Shown: positions 1 to 10,937, counted from the stretch's first letter. The stretch: DNA of 33,500 bases from Octopus bimaculoides (GCF_001194135.2 NC_068982.1:185912752-185946251); one strand, 5' to 3'. Notes: generated by a model not told the origin, from the letters alone. Program-made: numbers and translations.

Positions 1-375
1 TATCTAACCAATTAACTAATCGACTGTTTGATTAACCGTTCGATCGATCAGTCAATCAATTAGGCTTGTCTAAGTGATTTCGTTGCCCTTACTGTCTCCT
101 CAATAACATGCCTCTCTACTCCGGCGGAGTTTGGGATCAGTTTGGCGGAGGCTGGGATGACGGCGGCGGGGATGGCGGCGGGGATGGTGGCGGTGGTGGT
201 GGCGGTGCTGGTGACGGTGGCAGCCAAGACAGTGATACACATGGCAGTCGCTAGTTCAATTCTCGCTGGGTTTGGCTGATCCTTTGACACCACCAAAGTC
301 GAGCAGATACACCAATGTATCGAACTACTATATGTTGATTTGGTGTTTTTTTAAAAAAAGGGACCGTTTATGTGA

Positions 376-470
376 CCACCCGATCTGCTAGAAATAGCAA
401 CCAAATCTCCCTCGGATTACAAACTATCATCTTAAAAACAAGAAGAACTCATTGAATGACGTAGTCCACA
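376..470 (+). mobile_element. Degenerate SINE-tail-like repeat fragment
   Basis: GACCACCCGATCTGCTAGAAATAGCAACCAAATCTCCCTC resembles ATGCTAGAAACTACAGCCAAATTC at 7824-7847. Family identity rests on recall only. Confidence 0.3.
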
Positions 471-509
471 GTAGACTGTACCTAGAAAGACCACCGACGA
501 GATGCTCAT

Positions 510-685
510 AGGTCTGCTGAATGAAAGCCAACAAACTCGCTTTGCAACTACGAGGTTTCTTGTTCAATCCCAGTGCATGGCACCTTGGGCAAGTGTCTTC
601 TGACATTAGCCCCGTGTTGACCAACACTATGTGAACGAATATGGCCGACGGAATTTGTGAGGAATCTTGCCGTATATATATACAT

Positions 686-746
<61 letters not shown>

Positions 747-964
747 GTGTGTGTGTGTATGTGTGTGTGTTTGTGCTTGTACTCCACCACCGCTTAACAA
801 CCGACGTTGTTTTGTTTATATCCCCGTTACTTAACCAATCAGCAAACGAGAACGAAGTACCAGAATTTAAAACTTGGGTCGAGTAGTTCTACAACTGAAC
901 CCTTCAAGGTGGTGCTCCAGCATGGCCGAAGTTCAGTGACTGAAATACGCCAAAGATAAAAGAC
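510..964 (+). mobile_element. tRNA-derived SINE, family A (old copy) with internal (TA)n(TG)n tract
   Basis: Shares GGCACCTTGGGCAAGTGTCTTC, the internal microsatellite (672-775), the ACAACCGA...TCCCCGT block and the GGTGCTCCAGCATGGCCG...GACTGAAA tail with the copies at 23361 and 24022. Confidence 0.85.
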
Positions 965-993
965 AACAACAGCAATAACGATATGGAGGAGTT

Positions 994-1194
994 TAATCGT
1001 TTTTAACATAGGCACAAGAGCAGAAATTTGAGGGGGGGGAATGCAGTCGATTAAATAGACCCTAGTAGACGACTGGTACCTAATTTTATTGACACCAGAA
1101 AGATAAAAGACCAAGGTGCTCCCGGCAGGATTTGAAGACAGAATGTAGAGAGCCAGAACGATTACTGCAAAGCATTCTATGCGACGTTCTAATG
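994..1194 (-). mobile_element. SINE family B monomer, degenerate
   Basis: Reverse complement shows the central domain and the tail ...AAATTTCTGCTCTTGTGCCTATGTTAAAAACGATT, homologous to the tails at 1700-1750 and 30570-30622. Confidence 0.7.
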
Positions 1195-1262
1195 CAGAGG
1201 GTCCCAACCTTTTAAATATCCGGGTCAGATTCGAAACCTGGACTTTGTAAGGGAACCGCACA
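1195..1262 (+). mobile_element. Possible 5' end of a hAT (Charlie-like) non-autonomous element
   Basis: CAGAGGGTCCCAACCTTTT resembles hAT-Charlie termini and the TIR at 23787/24491. GGGCCGCATG at about 1797-1807 may be a more internal piece beyond the SINE dimer. No second TIR found. Confidence 0.3.
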
Positions 1263-1317
1263 AAAAAAAAAAGGTGAAACAAATCATTTAAAGAAAACTG
1301 TATTATGTTCCTAGAAG

Positions 1318-1750
1318 AAGGCGGCGAGCCGGTAGAAACGTTAGCGCGCCGGACGAAATGCTTAGCGGTAATTCGTCTGTCGTTACGTTCTGAGTTCAAA
1401 TTCTGCCGAGGTCGACTTTGTCTTTCATCCTTCCGGGGTCGATAAATTAAGTACCAGTTACGCACAGGGGTTGATGTAATCGACTTAATCCCTTTGTCTG
1501 TCCTTGTTTGCCCCTCTATGTTTAGCCCCTTGTGGGCAATAAAGAAATAAGAATCTTTAGCGCGCCGGACGAAATGCTAAGCGATATTTCTTCCGTTGCT
1601 ACGTTCTGAGTTCAAGTTTCGCCGAGGTCGACCTTGTCTTTCATCCTTTCGGGGTCGATAAATTAAGTACCAGTTGAGTCCTGGGGTCGATGTGGTCGGC
1701 TGTCCCTCTCCCCACAAAATACTGGCCTTGTTCCTATAGTTGAAAGGATT
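1318..1750 (+). mobile_element. SINE family B dimer (unit with tail type 1 followed by head-less unit with tail type 2)
   Basis: Head AAGGCGGCGAGCCGGTAGAA; B-box-like GAGTTCAAATTC; central CTTTCATCCTTYCGGGGTCGATAAATTAAGTACCAG in both units. Internal junction at 1553/1554. Flanking direct repeat ATTATGTTCCTAGAAG (1302-1317) vs ATTGTATTCCTAGAAG (1748-1763), 14/16, is the putative TSD. Confidence 0.9.
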
Positions 1751-2218
1751 GTATTCCTAGAAGGAAGACCTTCAATGGCCCCCGGAAGGCTGTTTCAGGG
1801 CCGCATGCCGCTGCACCAAAACAAGAAGTAAAACTTAAGTCAATTAAAGAAAGCTTTATTATATTCATAGAGGGGAAACCCGTCGGTGGCACGGAAGGAT
1901 GCTTGAAGGCCACGTACGATTGGCTATTTATAACTACTTACTCATATTTAACACAACAGGAAGGCGTCTTCAGCTTTTACGCAACCCTCCCTGTTACAAG
2001 CATTCAGGCCAGGTCTCAGTTATGGGTTGCCCTCCACCCGACTGTCCCTCGCTCCAGCCAATCCTGGGGGATTTAGGGAGACTTGGGTTGTGATTGAGCC
2101 GAGTTACGATCAAATAAATTCTAGGGGTGATTGCGACTGAGATCCTCTGCGTGGTCAGTCAAAATCTTCGGGCAGAGAAATAATGAAGATCTACAGGAAG
2201 CTTAACGCTTGGTGGTGA

Positions 2219-2905
2219 AGACAACGACGACGACGACGACGACGAAGAAGAAGAAGAAGAAGAAGAAGAAGAAGAAGAAGAAGAAGAAGAAGAAGAAGAA
2301 GAGCAGGAGGAAGAGCAGGAAAAGCAGGAGGTAGAAGAAGAAGAAGAAGAAGAAGAAGAAGAAGAAGAAGAGCAGGAGGAAGAGCAGGAGGTAGAAGAAG
2401 AAGAAGAAGAAGNNNNNNNNNNNNNNNNNNNNNNNNNNNNNNNNNNNNNNNNNNNNNNNNNNNNNNNNNNNNNNNNNNNNNNNNNNNNNNNNNNNNNNNN
2501 NNNNNNNNNNNNNNNNNNNNNNNNNNNNNNNNNNNNNNNNNNNNNNNNNNNNNNNNNNNNNNNNNNNNNNNNNNNNNNNNNNNNNNNNNNNNNNNNNNNN
2601 NNNNNNNNNNNNNNNNNNNNNNNNNNNNNNNNNNNNNNNNNNNNNNNNNNNNNNNNNNNNNNNNNNNNNNNNNNNNNNNNNNNNNNNNNNNNNNNNNNNN
2701 NNNNNNNNNNNNNNNNNNNNNNNNNNNNNNNNNNNNNNNNNNNNNNNNNNNNNNNNNNNNNNNNNNNNNNNNNNNNNNNNNNNNNNNNNNNNNAGGAGGA
2801 GGAAAAGATATTGAAGTAGAAGGGAAGGAGAAAAAGAAGAAGAAGAAGAAGAACAACAACAACAACAACAACAATAACAACAGCAACATCAGCAACATCA
2901 GCGAC
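2219..2905. repeat. (GAC)n/(GAA)n/(CAA)n trinucleotide array spanning assembly gap 2413-2793
   Basis: Direct reading; includes a repeated GAGCAGGAGGAAGAGCAGGA interruption. Confidence 0.95.
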
Positions 2906-3342
2906 AATAAGAAGAGAAGCAACAGTTTTGTTGCTGAGAGGAAAACAAGTGGTTAGAGCAGCAAGGAGCTGGCGTGTGTGTGTGTTGTGGTGTGTTGTCG
3001 TGTGTTGTGGTGTGCAAAGCAAACCGCCAAACCGCCATTGATTGTTTGCGAGAGAATGGCGAAGACGCGCGCGATGCTGCGTATTCTTGTCGTTCCCCTA
3101 ACAACGACGGCAACGTGTGTTCAGTTAGATGCACTTATAACAGGGTTGCTGTCCATGCACGTGTGCATGCGTGCATCTGAGCATTCGTATGTGCATCTGT
3201 CATAGTGTATTGTTGCAGACGAACACAGAGAAGTAATCAGCAGCGGCAGCAGCAGCAATTTACGGAACTTTCCGGAAAGAAGATCGTCATTTCCCGTAAA
3301 CCGAAGCCGAACGTTGTTGATTGTGAGGCTGCTAAAGATGTG

Positions 3343-3935
3343 TGGTAGTGGTGGTGGTGGTGGTGGTNNNNNNNNNNNNNNNNNNNNNNNNNNNNNNNNN
3401 NNNNNNNNNNNNNNNNNNNNNNNNNNNNNNNNNNNNNNNNNNNNNNNNNNNNNNNNNNNNNNNNNNNNNNNNNNNNNNNNNNNNNNNNNNNNNNNNNNNN
3501 NNNNNNNNNNNNNNNNNNNNNNNNNNNNNNNNNNNNNNNNNNNNNNNNNNNNNNNNNNNNNNNNNNNNNNNNNNNNNNNNNNNNNNNNNNNNNNNNNNNN
3601 NNNNNNNNNNNNNNNNNNNNNNNNNNNNNNNNNNNNNNNNNNNNNNNNNNNNNNNNNNNNNNNNNNNNNNNNNNNNNNNNNNNNNNNNNNNNNNNNNNNN
3701 NNNNNNNNNNNNNNNNNNNNNNNNNNNNNNNNNNNNNNNNNNNNNNNNNNNNNNNNNNNNNNNNNNNNNNNNNNNNNNNNNNNNNNNNNNNNNNNNNNNN
3801 NNNNNNNNNNNNNNNNNNNGGTGGTGGTGGTGATGATGATGATGATGATAATGATGATGATGGTGATGGTGGTGATGTTAACAGTGGTGACGTCGGTGGT
3901 TGGTGGTGGCGGTGGCGGTGGTGGTGGAGGTGGCG
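3343..3935. repeat. (GGT)n/(GAT)n array spanning gap 3368-3819
   Basis: Direct reading. Confidence 0.95.
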
Positions 3936-4082
3936 GGGGGGAGAGGGTGAAACAGTAAGAAAGATCGATATTTTCTCTGGCAAATCAGTAGAACGAGATG
4001 CAGCATCAGTTACGAACACACATACACACACATGACGTAGCTTATACCGCTGCCATCAACGCCAGCATCTTTAACGTTTATC

Positions 4083-4372
4083 CATCACCACCACCACCAC
4101 CACCGCCACCACCATCATCACATCCACCGCCACCACGGTCATCATCACCATCGTCGTGGTCGCAAACAGCTGGCTACTGTAGAAGCCAATAAGCAACAAT
4201 GTAATTGGCGAAAAGGTAGACTCAGAACAGGCGGATTTACTGAACACACCATTAGCTTAAGCTGCCGGGTGGGATAATAAAGATAACGAGTATAATGATG
4301 ATAACGACCATGATGATGATGACGACGACGACGTTGATGATGACGACGATGATAGTGATGACGATGATGAGC
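4083..4372. repeat. (CAC)n (4083-4150) and (GAT/GAC)n (about 4290-4372) microsatellites
   Basis: Direct reading. Confidence 0.9.
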
Positions 4373-4556
4373 CAGTGACATTTAAGGTTCACGGTCTCTC
4401 GTCACATTTCTATCTCACGTCTGTCGGTCTCGCCTTCGTAGTTCAGTTGTGTGTGTTGTTTTCTCTCTTCCTTCGCTGGCCGCTTTCTATCTATATGTTG
4501 TTGGCCAGGTCAATGCTTATATCCACGAGCCACAATTTACAAATGATTGATATTAC

Positions 4557-4717
4557 ATGGAGAGCAACAAGGAAGACATAGAGCCGACATTTCTTTATCG
4601 TTTTTTCAATTCCGGAACAGCGAATAAAATGACAGAAAAACTAGTGAAATTTTCGCTCAGCGATCTACAAAAGGACAAACTCTGGCCTCATTTCAGCTCA
4701 GCTGGACGGATCATGGG
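4557..4717 (+). CDS. Candidate first coding exon of an unidentified gene: MESNKEDIEPTFLYRFFNSGTANKMTEKLVKFSLSDLQKDKLWPHFSSAGRIM(G)
   Basis: ATG at 4557 with an in-frame TGA at 4548. 53 open, non-repetitive codons plus 2 nt end exactly at GG|GTAAGT (donor 4718-4723). A polypyrimidine tract and CAG at 4506-4508 lie upstream. No homology recognised. Confidence 0.4.
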
Positions 4718-4785
4718 GTAAGTCAGTCTCTGTTTCGCCTTTATAATTCACAATTGGACCTTCAACTTTATACATGGGTGAAGGT

Positions 4786-4870
4786 GCATACACACACACA
4801 CACACACTCACATATAATTGTGTGCGTTTGTGTGTATATATAAGTATATATATATATATATAAATGTAAA

Positions 4871-4928
<58 letters not shown>

Positions 4929-5621
4929 CAACTTTTATACATTTACATATACATATATATATATGTGTGTGTGTGTGTATGTATATGTATAAAGGTTGCT
5001 TAGAGGATAAGTTTACCTCGTAAAGGGATGGTTGCATGAAAGTAAATTCTGGTTTTATGCCTAGTAATTCTGGGAAATGAAATTTTTTTTATATCAAGAG
5101 GTGTATATTAAGAATAAACTTCATGTTTAACTAAATGAACGAAAGAAAATGGAGAGTTAAAGTAATAATTACTTATTATATNNNNNNNNNNNNNNNNNNN
5201 NNNNNNNNNNNNNNNNNNNNNNNNNNNNNNNNNNNNNNNNNNNNNNNNNNNNNNNNNNNNNNNNNNNNNNNNNNNNNNNNNNNNNNNNNNNNNNNNNNNN
5301 NNNNNNNNNNNNNNNNNNNNNNNNNNNNNNNNNNNNNNNNNNNNNNNNNNNNNNNNNNNNNNNNNNNNNNNNNNNNNNNNNNNNNNNNNNNNNNNNNNNN
5401 NNNNNNNNNNNNNNNNNNNNNNNNNNNNNNNNNNNNNNNNNNNNNNNNNNNNNNNNNNNNNNNNNNNNNNNNNNNNNNNNNNNNNNNNNNNNNNNNNNNN
5501 NNNNNNNNNNNNNNNNNNNNNNNNNNNNNNNNNNNNNNNNNNNNNNNNNNNNNNNNNNNNNNNNNNNNNNNNNNNNNNNNNNNNNNNNNNNNNNNNNNNN
5601 NNNNNNNNNNNNNNNNNNNNN

Positions 5622-5715
<94 letters not shown>

Positions 5716-6300
5716 CACCTTCTTTGCAGTTGTGATTCATAAATAATTGAAAATCTAAAAACAAAATCTGATTTGCTATTCGCTTTCATTTGTTATTGTA
5801 AAGCGTGCATGTCAAGAATGAATGCAGGAAACACTTGTATATATATGAGTATATACATGTTATGCACATGTGTGTATATATGCATGTGAGTATATATATG
5901 TATGGGTGGGTGTGTGTGTGTGTGTGTGTGTGTGTTTGCATATATTATGTTTGTATGACTGTGTGCGTGTATGCACACGTGTATATATGTGCATGTATAA
6001 GTGTGTTTATGTATGTATGTGTGTTTGTAAGTATTCTGTGTACATACATGCATGCATGTATGTATGTATGTATGTATGTATGTATTTATATATGTATACA
6101 TTATCTGTATACGTTTCTATGTCTGTCTGTCTGTCTGTCTTTATGTGTGTGCATGCATGTGTATATATATATATGTACGGATAGTTGGCTGGATTCATGT
6201 ATGTATATATGTATATATGTATCATGTATGCATGGACGTTTTATACGTGAATGTATTGTGTGTATATTTGTTTATACACGCGGAATGACTCACAAACATA
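4786..6300. repeat. Cluster of (CA)n/(TA)n/(TG)n/(TATG)n compound microsatellites with gap 5182-5621
   Basis: Direct reading; source of the spurious HT-, YI- and CV-rich ORFs. Confidence 0.9.
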
Positions 6301-6544
6301 TCTATATACACATTCAATCGATTGACTCCTTCAAGACAAACACTTAACGCACTTGTTATACATACAGTAGTAAAGGTTCGGAATATATACCAAAATATAT
6401 ATATATACACACACATACAAACACGTCTTTCTCTTTCATTCTCATACAAACGCGTGCACTCGTGCACATACCCGCCTACACACATTCATATACACACTCA
6501 AATACGTGCGCACACACAAGCTGACAAAAATGAATAAGAGCTTA

Positions 6545-6703
6545 CTGGAAGCCGCTTATTGTGATCACTTCAGGACGAAGCCTTTTCGACAACAATAACC
6601 GATTAATAGCATTAATCAGATACAGAGTGCGGGATCCACTAATTTTGATAACAATAACCGACCGGTAACATTACCCCGTGATTATAATAAGCGGCTTCCG
6701 CTG
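6545..6703. mobile_element. pogo/Tigger-like MITE (about 160 bp)
   Basis: 22-bp inverted repeats GGAAGCCGCTTATTGTGATCAC (6547-6568) and GTGATTATAATAAGCGGCTTCC (6678-6699), 20/22. Right end ...CTTCCGCTG|TA; TA at 6543-6544. Internal 12-bp direct repeat AACAATAACCGA at 6591 and 6650. Confidence 0.75.
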
Positions 6704-6944
6704 TATCATGGACTCGTACACATAGAAACACACACATAAACACACAAACACGCACACACATGAATAAGCGCTGACATACAGGCAGTCAGGCAGACAGACA
6801 GACAGACAGACGTGCACTTATAATTCTCTGCCTGATGAAAGGTGTGACACGTGAAACTGAGTATCGATGGCACCAGCCGTGCAAATGAGAAGATCGTACT
6901 TTACACCTATTGAGAACTTTGCTTCTCTTCTCTGGAGCTTAAAA

Positions 6945-6981
6945 TGTATACACATATTGTGTGTATATGTATATATGTATA

Positions 6982-7064
<83 letters not shown>

Positions 7065-7085
7065 TATATATATATATATATATAT
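6945..7085. repeat. (TG)n/(TA)n microsatellite
   Basis: Direct reading. Confidence 0.95.
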
Positions 7086-7215
7086 GCCCTAACTCTTCGA
7101 AACGCCAGTGTTAGAATGATGGCAGCTGATGAAGGAAATGTTCTCTATGTGGCCTGTGTGTTTTCTGTACTTTGCTTATCATTTTGTCTACGTTTTGTTT
7201 ACAATGTCCTGTACC
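7086..7215 (+). mobile_element. Short insertion embedded in TA-rich microsatellite; possible Penelope-like terminal-repeat relic
   Basis: TA-type repeats on both sides. Contains CGAAACGCC and CTGATGAAGG plus a T-rich 3' part, like the hammerhead-bearing pieces at 20810-21566. Confidence 0.3.
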
Positions 7216-7296
7216 TATATATGCATCAATATATACAGGTAGATGTAAGTATGTACATACATGTACGTATACATGCATATACTCATTTATTATTTG

Positions 7297-7327
<31 letters not shown>

Positions 7328-8271
7328 ANNNNNNNNNNNNNNNNNNNNNNNNNNNNNNNNNNNNNNNNNNNNNNNNNNNNNNNNNNNNNNNNNNNNNNNN
7401 NNNNNNNNNNNNNNNNNNNNNNNNNNNNNNNNNNNNNNNNNNNNNNNNNNNNNNNNNNNNNNNNNNNNNNNNNNNNNNNNNNNNNNNNNNNNNNNNNNNN
7501 NNNNNNNNNNNNNNNNNNNNNNNNNNNNNNNNNNNNNNNNNNNNNNNNNNNNNNNNNNNNNNNNNNNNNNNNNNNNNNNNNNNNNNNNNNNNNNNNNNNN
7601 NNNNNNNNNNNNNNNNNNNNNNNNNNNNNNNNNNNNNNNNNNNNNNNNNNNNNNNNNNNNNNNNNNNNNNNNNNNNNNNNNNNNNNNNNNNNNNNNNNNN
7701 NNNNNNNNNNNNNNNNNNNNNNNNNNNNNNNNNNNNNNNNNNNNNNNNNNNNNNNNNNNNNNNNNNNNNNNNNNNNNNNNNNNNNNNNNNNNNNNNNNNN
7801 NNNNNNNNNNNNNNNNNNNNAACATGCTAGAAACTACAGCCAAATTCTTTTCGAAAATGAAGGAAACGATAGATAGTGTAGTTCTTGAAACACACAACCT
7901 CACACACGCACAAAAAAATGGATGATAGATCTGCTGCGATTCGTGTACCGTAGACAATAAAAACCGGATAGTCACGGCAGGAATACTTTAAAAAAATAGT
8001 CTGCAATGTCCGACAAATTGGTGATGACTTTTGTCGATATGATTTCTCGTTAAAACGTGTTAATTAGGACAGGAAAGGCAGCATCTCTGACTCTTTACAG
8101 AGGTCTTTGTGACTGATTGGATAAAGGGAGGAAGTTATCCCCAATTTAGGGACCTTGTCTGAACCCTTGTAAAACACAGGGGAACGTTGAAGACACCTAA
8201 AGGGACCTAATACTAGGAAACAGTATAAGATGCCATCGGTTTATCGTCCACTCTGACAATGGTATTTCATA

Positions 8272-8372
8272 TAGTCTCCATCTACCACAGTTCATTGAGA
8301 AGTACTTGGTCGAACCTATATGATGGTAGAATATATTTGTCCAAGGTGCCACAGTGTAAGACTGTCTCCAAA
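8272..8372 (-). mobile_element. SINE family A fragment, degenerate
   Basis: GTCTCCATCTACCA...TTGGTCG...GTAGAA...TTGTCCAAGGTGCCAC matches the reverse complement of the family A 5' half. Confidence 0.6.
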
Positions 8373-8662
8373 GTAGAGAATTATTTAGACAAAGAGAGAG
8401 AGAAAGACAAGAATTCCGACAGTTTTGGCCAAGTCATTTGTTCCCCAGAGAAAGAATAAAATAAGATATTTATAAAATTGCTACCTTCGAACCCCGCTGG
8501 GACCGGCGTTCCCTTCAATGGGGAATGTTGTGATCTGGGTTTCCTTAAAGGCCATGGACACCGGACAACCGGCCTCAAGAGTGGTAGAACTCGAGAAAAG
8601 AATTACATAGCCACACATGTATTTTAAGAATATATATTCATGTTTATATATGTGTATATTTA

Positions 8663-9225
8663 GGCGCAGGAGTGGCTGTGTGGTAAGAAGCTTGCTTCCC
8701 AACCACATGGTTCCATGTTCAGTCCCACTGCGTGGCACCTTGGGCAAGCGTCTTCCACTATAGCCTCGGGCCGNNNNNNNNNNCGTGGCACCTTGGGCAA
8801 GCGTCTTCCACTATAGCCTCGGGCCGACCAAAGCCTTGTGAGTGGATTTGGTAGACGGAAACTGAAAGAAGCCCATCGTATGTATGCATATATATATAGA
8901 TGTGTGTGTGTCTGTGTGTGTGTGTGTCTGTCTGTGTGTGTGTGTGTCTGTGTGTGTGTGTGTCTGTGTATGTGTGTCTGTGTGTGTGTATCTCTGTGTG
9001 TGTGTCTGTGTGTGTGTGTGCTTGTCCAACTACCATCGCTTGACAACCGATGTTGGTGTGTTTACGCCCCCGTAAATTAGCGGTTCGGCAGAAGACACCG
9101 ATAGAATAAGACTATAAAAATAATGAATACTGGGGTCGATTCATTTGACTAAAAATTCTTGAAGGTGGTGCCCCAGCATGGCCGCTGACTAAGACTGAAA
9201 GGAATACACACAAAAATAAAAGATA
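8663..9225 (+). mobile_element. SINE family A, full length (contains a 10-N gap with a duplicated 43-bp overlap)
   Basis: Head GGCGCAGGAGTGGCTGTGTGGTAAG, GTTCAGTCCCACTG, CORE-like CCTTGGGCAAG, internal (TG)n at about 8879-9022, tail GGTGCCCCAGCATGGCCG. Confidence 0.9.
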
Positions 9226-9989
9226 AATAAAATAAAATAAAGTAGATCTAAACATGTCCGTGCACATGTGTGTGTGTGTGTGTGTGTGTNNNNNNNNNNN
9301 NNNNNNNNNNNNNNNNNNNNNNNNNNNNNNNNNNNNNNNNNNNNNNNNNNNNNNNNNNNNNNNNNNNNNNNNNNNNNNNNNNNNNNNNNNNNNNNNNNNN
9401 NNNNNNNNNNNNNNNNNNNNNNNNNNNNNNNNNNNNNNNNNNNNNNNNNNNNNNNNNNNNNNNNNNNNNNNNNNNNNNNNNNNNNNNNNNNNNNNNNNNN
9501 NNNNNNNNNNNNNNNNNNNNNNNNNNNNNNNNNNNNNNNNNNNNNNNNNNNNNNNNNNNNNNNNNNNNNNNNNNNNNNNNNNNNNNNNNNNNNNNNNNNN
9601 NNNNNNNNNNNNNNNNNNNNNNNNNNNNNNNNNNNNNNNNNNNNNNNNNNNNNNNNNNNNNNNNNNNNNNNNNNNNNNNNNNNNNNNNNNNNNNNNNNNN
9701 NNNNNNNNNNNNNNNNNNNNNNNNNNNNNNNNNNNNNNNNNNNNNNNNNNNNNNNNNNNNNNNNNNNNNNNNNNNNNNNNNNNNNNNNNNNNNNNNNNNN
9801 NNNNNNNNNNNNNNNNNNNNNNNNNNNNNNNNNNAGTGAAATAGGGAGAGGTAGAGAATAAAAGATACACAAAAGAAGACAGAGATGGACATAAAATGAG
9901 GAAAGGGGGACTTCAACGATAATGAAGATGGCGGCGGTACATTTGTGTCGCGTCAAACTCTCTGTTTTTCTCCTTCAGTTTTAAACGTC

Positions 9990-10084
9990 ACTCTTTCTTT
10001 ATCTGTCTATCTCTCTGTGTCTCTATCTCTATCTCTATCTATCTATTCCCCTCTCTCTCTCTCTATCTCTATCTCTCTCTCTCG

Positions 10085-10129
<45 letters not shown>

Positions 10130-10338
10130 GTCTATCTTTCTATCTGGCATAGAGGTAAAGAAATATATAGATAGTGAGGGGGAGAGGGAGGAAAGTAATT
10201 TTGATGATGGTGATAGTACGCTTATGCAGAGTCTTGATGTCTGTGCTTTCCTCTTGTAGTTTCCCTGCCGCAAAATGGCCACAGTTTAATGAGTGAAACA
10301 AGTAAAATAATAAAAGAATATCTCTCTATCCATCTCCC

Positions 10339-10396
<58 letters not shown>

Positions 10397-10398
10397 CT
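9990..10398. repeat. (CT)n/(CTAT)n microsatellites (9990-10125 and 10320-10398)
   Basis: Direct reading. Confidence 0.9.
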
Positions 10399-10752
10399 TC
10401 TCGGGCATTGTAGAATACAGAAGAATAGAGAATGAACGATATGTAGAGATACAGAGAGAGAGGGGGTGAGAGTGCTGGTGACGATAGCGGTAGATTTAAA
10501 ACTGAATCAAAAGAACAGCAATGTTCTATTGAGGAGATATTTTGGGGGGGATGAACGCAGGTTTTACTCGCATTCTCCAACTTGTACAGTGTTGGGAAAG
10601 CTTGCCGGTATATATTCACAGCAATATTAAATAGCACACTAATATACATTAATATAACAGTCGTTCTTAAATTTCTAACGATATTTATTTGAGGGATTCA
10701 AGTGGTCAAACATGCAACCATCTTCATATATCAATGATAATGTAGACGTTTA

Positions 10753-10753
10753 G

Positions 10754-10802
<49 letters not shown>

Positions 10803-10842
10803 AATCTATCTATCTATCTATTTGTCTGCCTATCTGTCTATT

Positions 10843-10937
<95 letters not shown>

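Noticed and set aside
60-296. 78-aa minus-strand Thr/Ala-rich ORF
   Set aside because: Antisense reading of a GGY-rich low-complexity tract; no recognisable domain or splice support.
4041-4280. Poly-His reading frame followed by RRGRKQLATVEANK...
   Set aside because: No start codon or good acceptor; the His run derives from (CAC)n.
8731-8826. Exact 43-bp direct duplication either side of a 10-N gap inside a SINE
   Set aside because: Typical unmerged contig overlap; an assembly artefact.
9925-9935. YY1-like AAGATGGCGGC, with AAAATGGC variants at about 10271 and 28030
   Set aside because: Short isolated motifs, followed by an early stop or no supporting promoter context.
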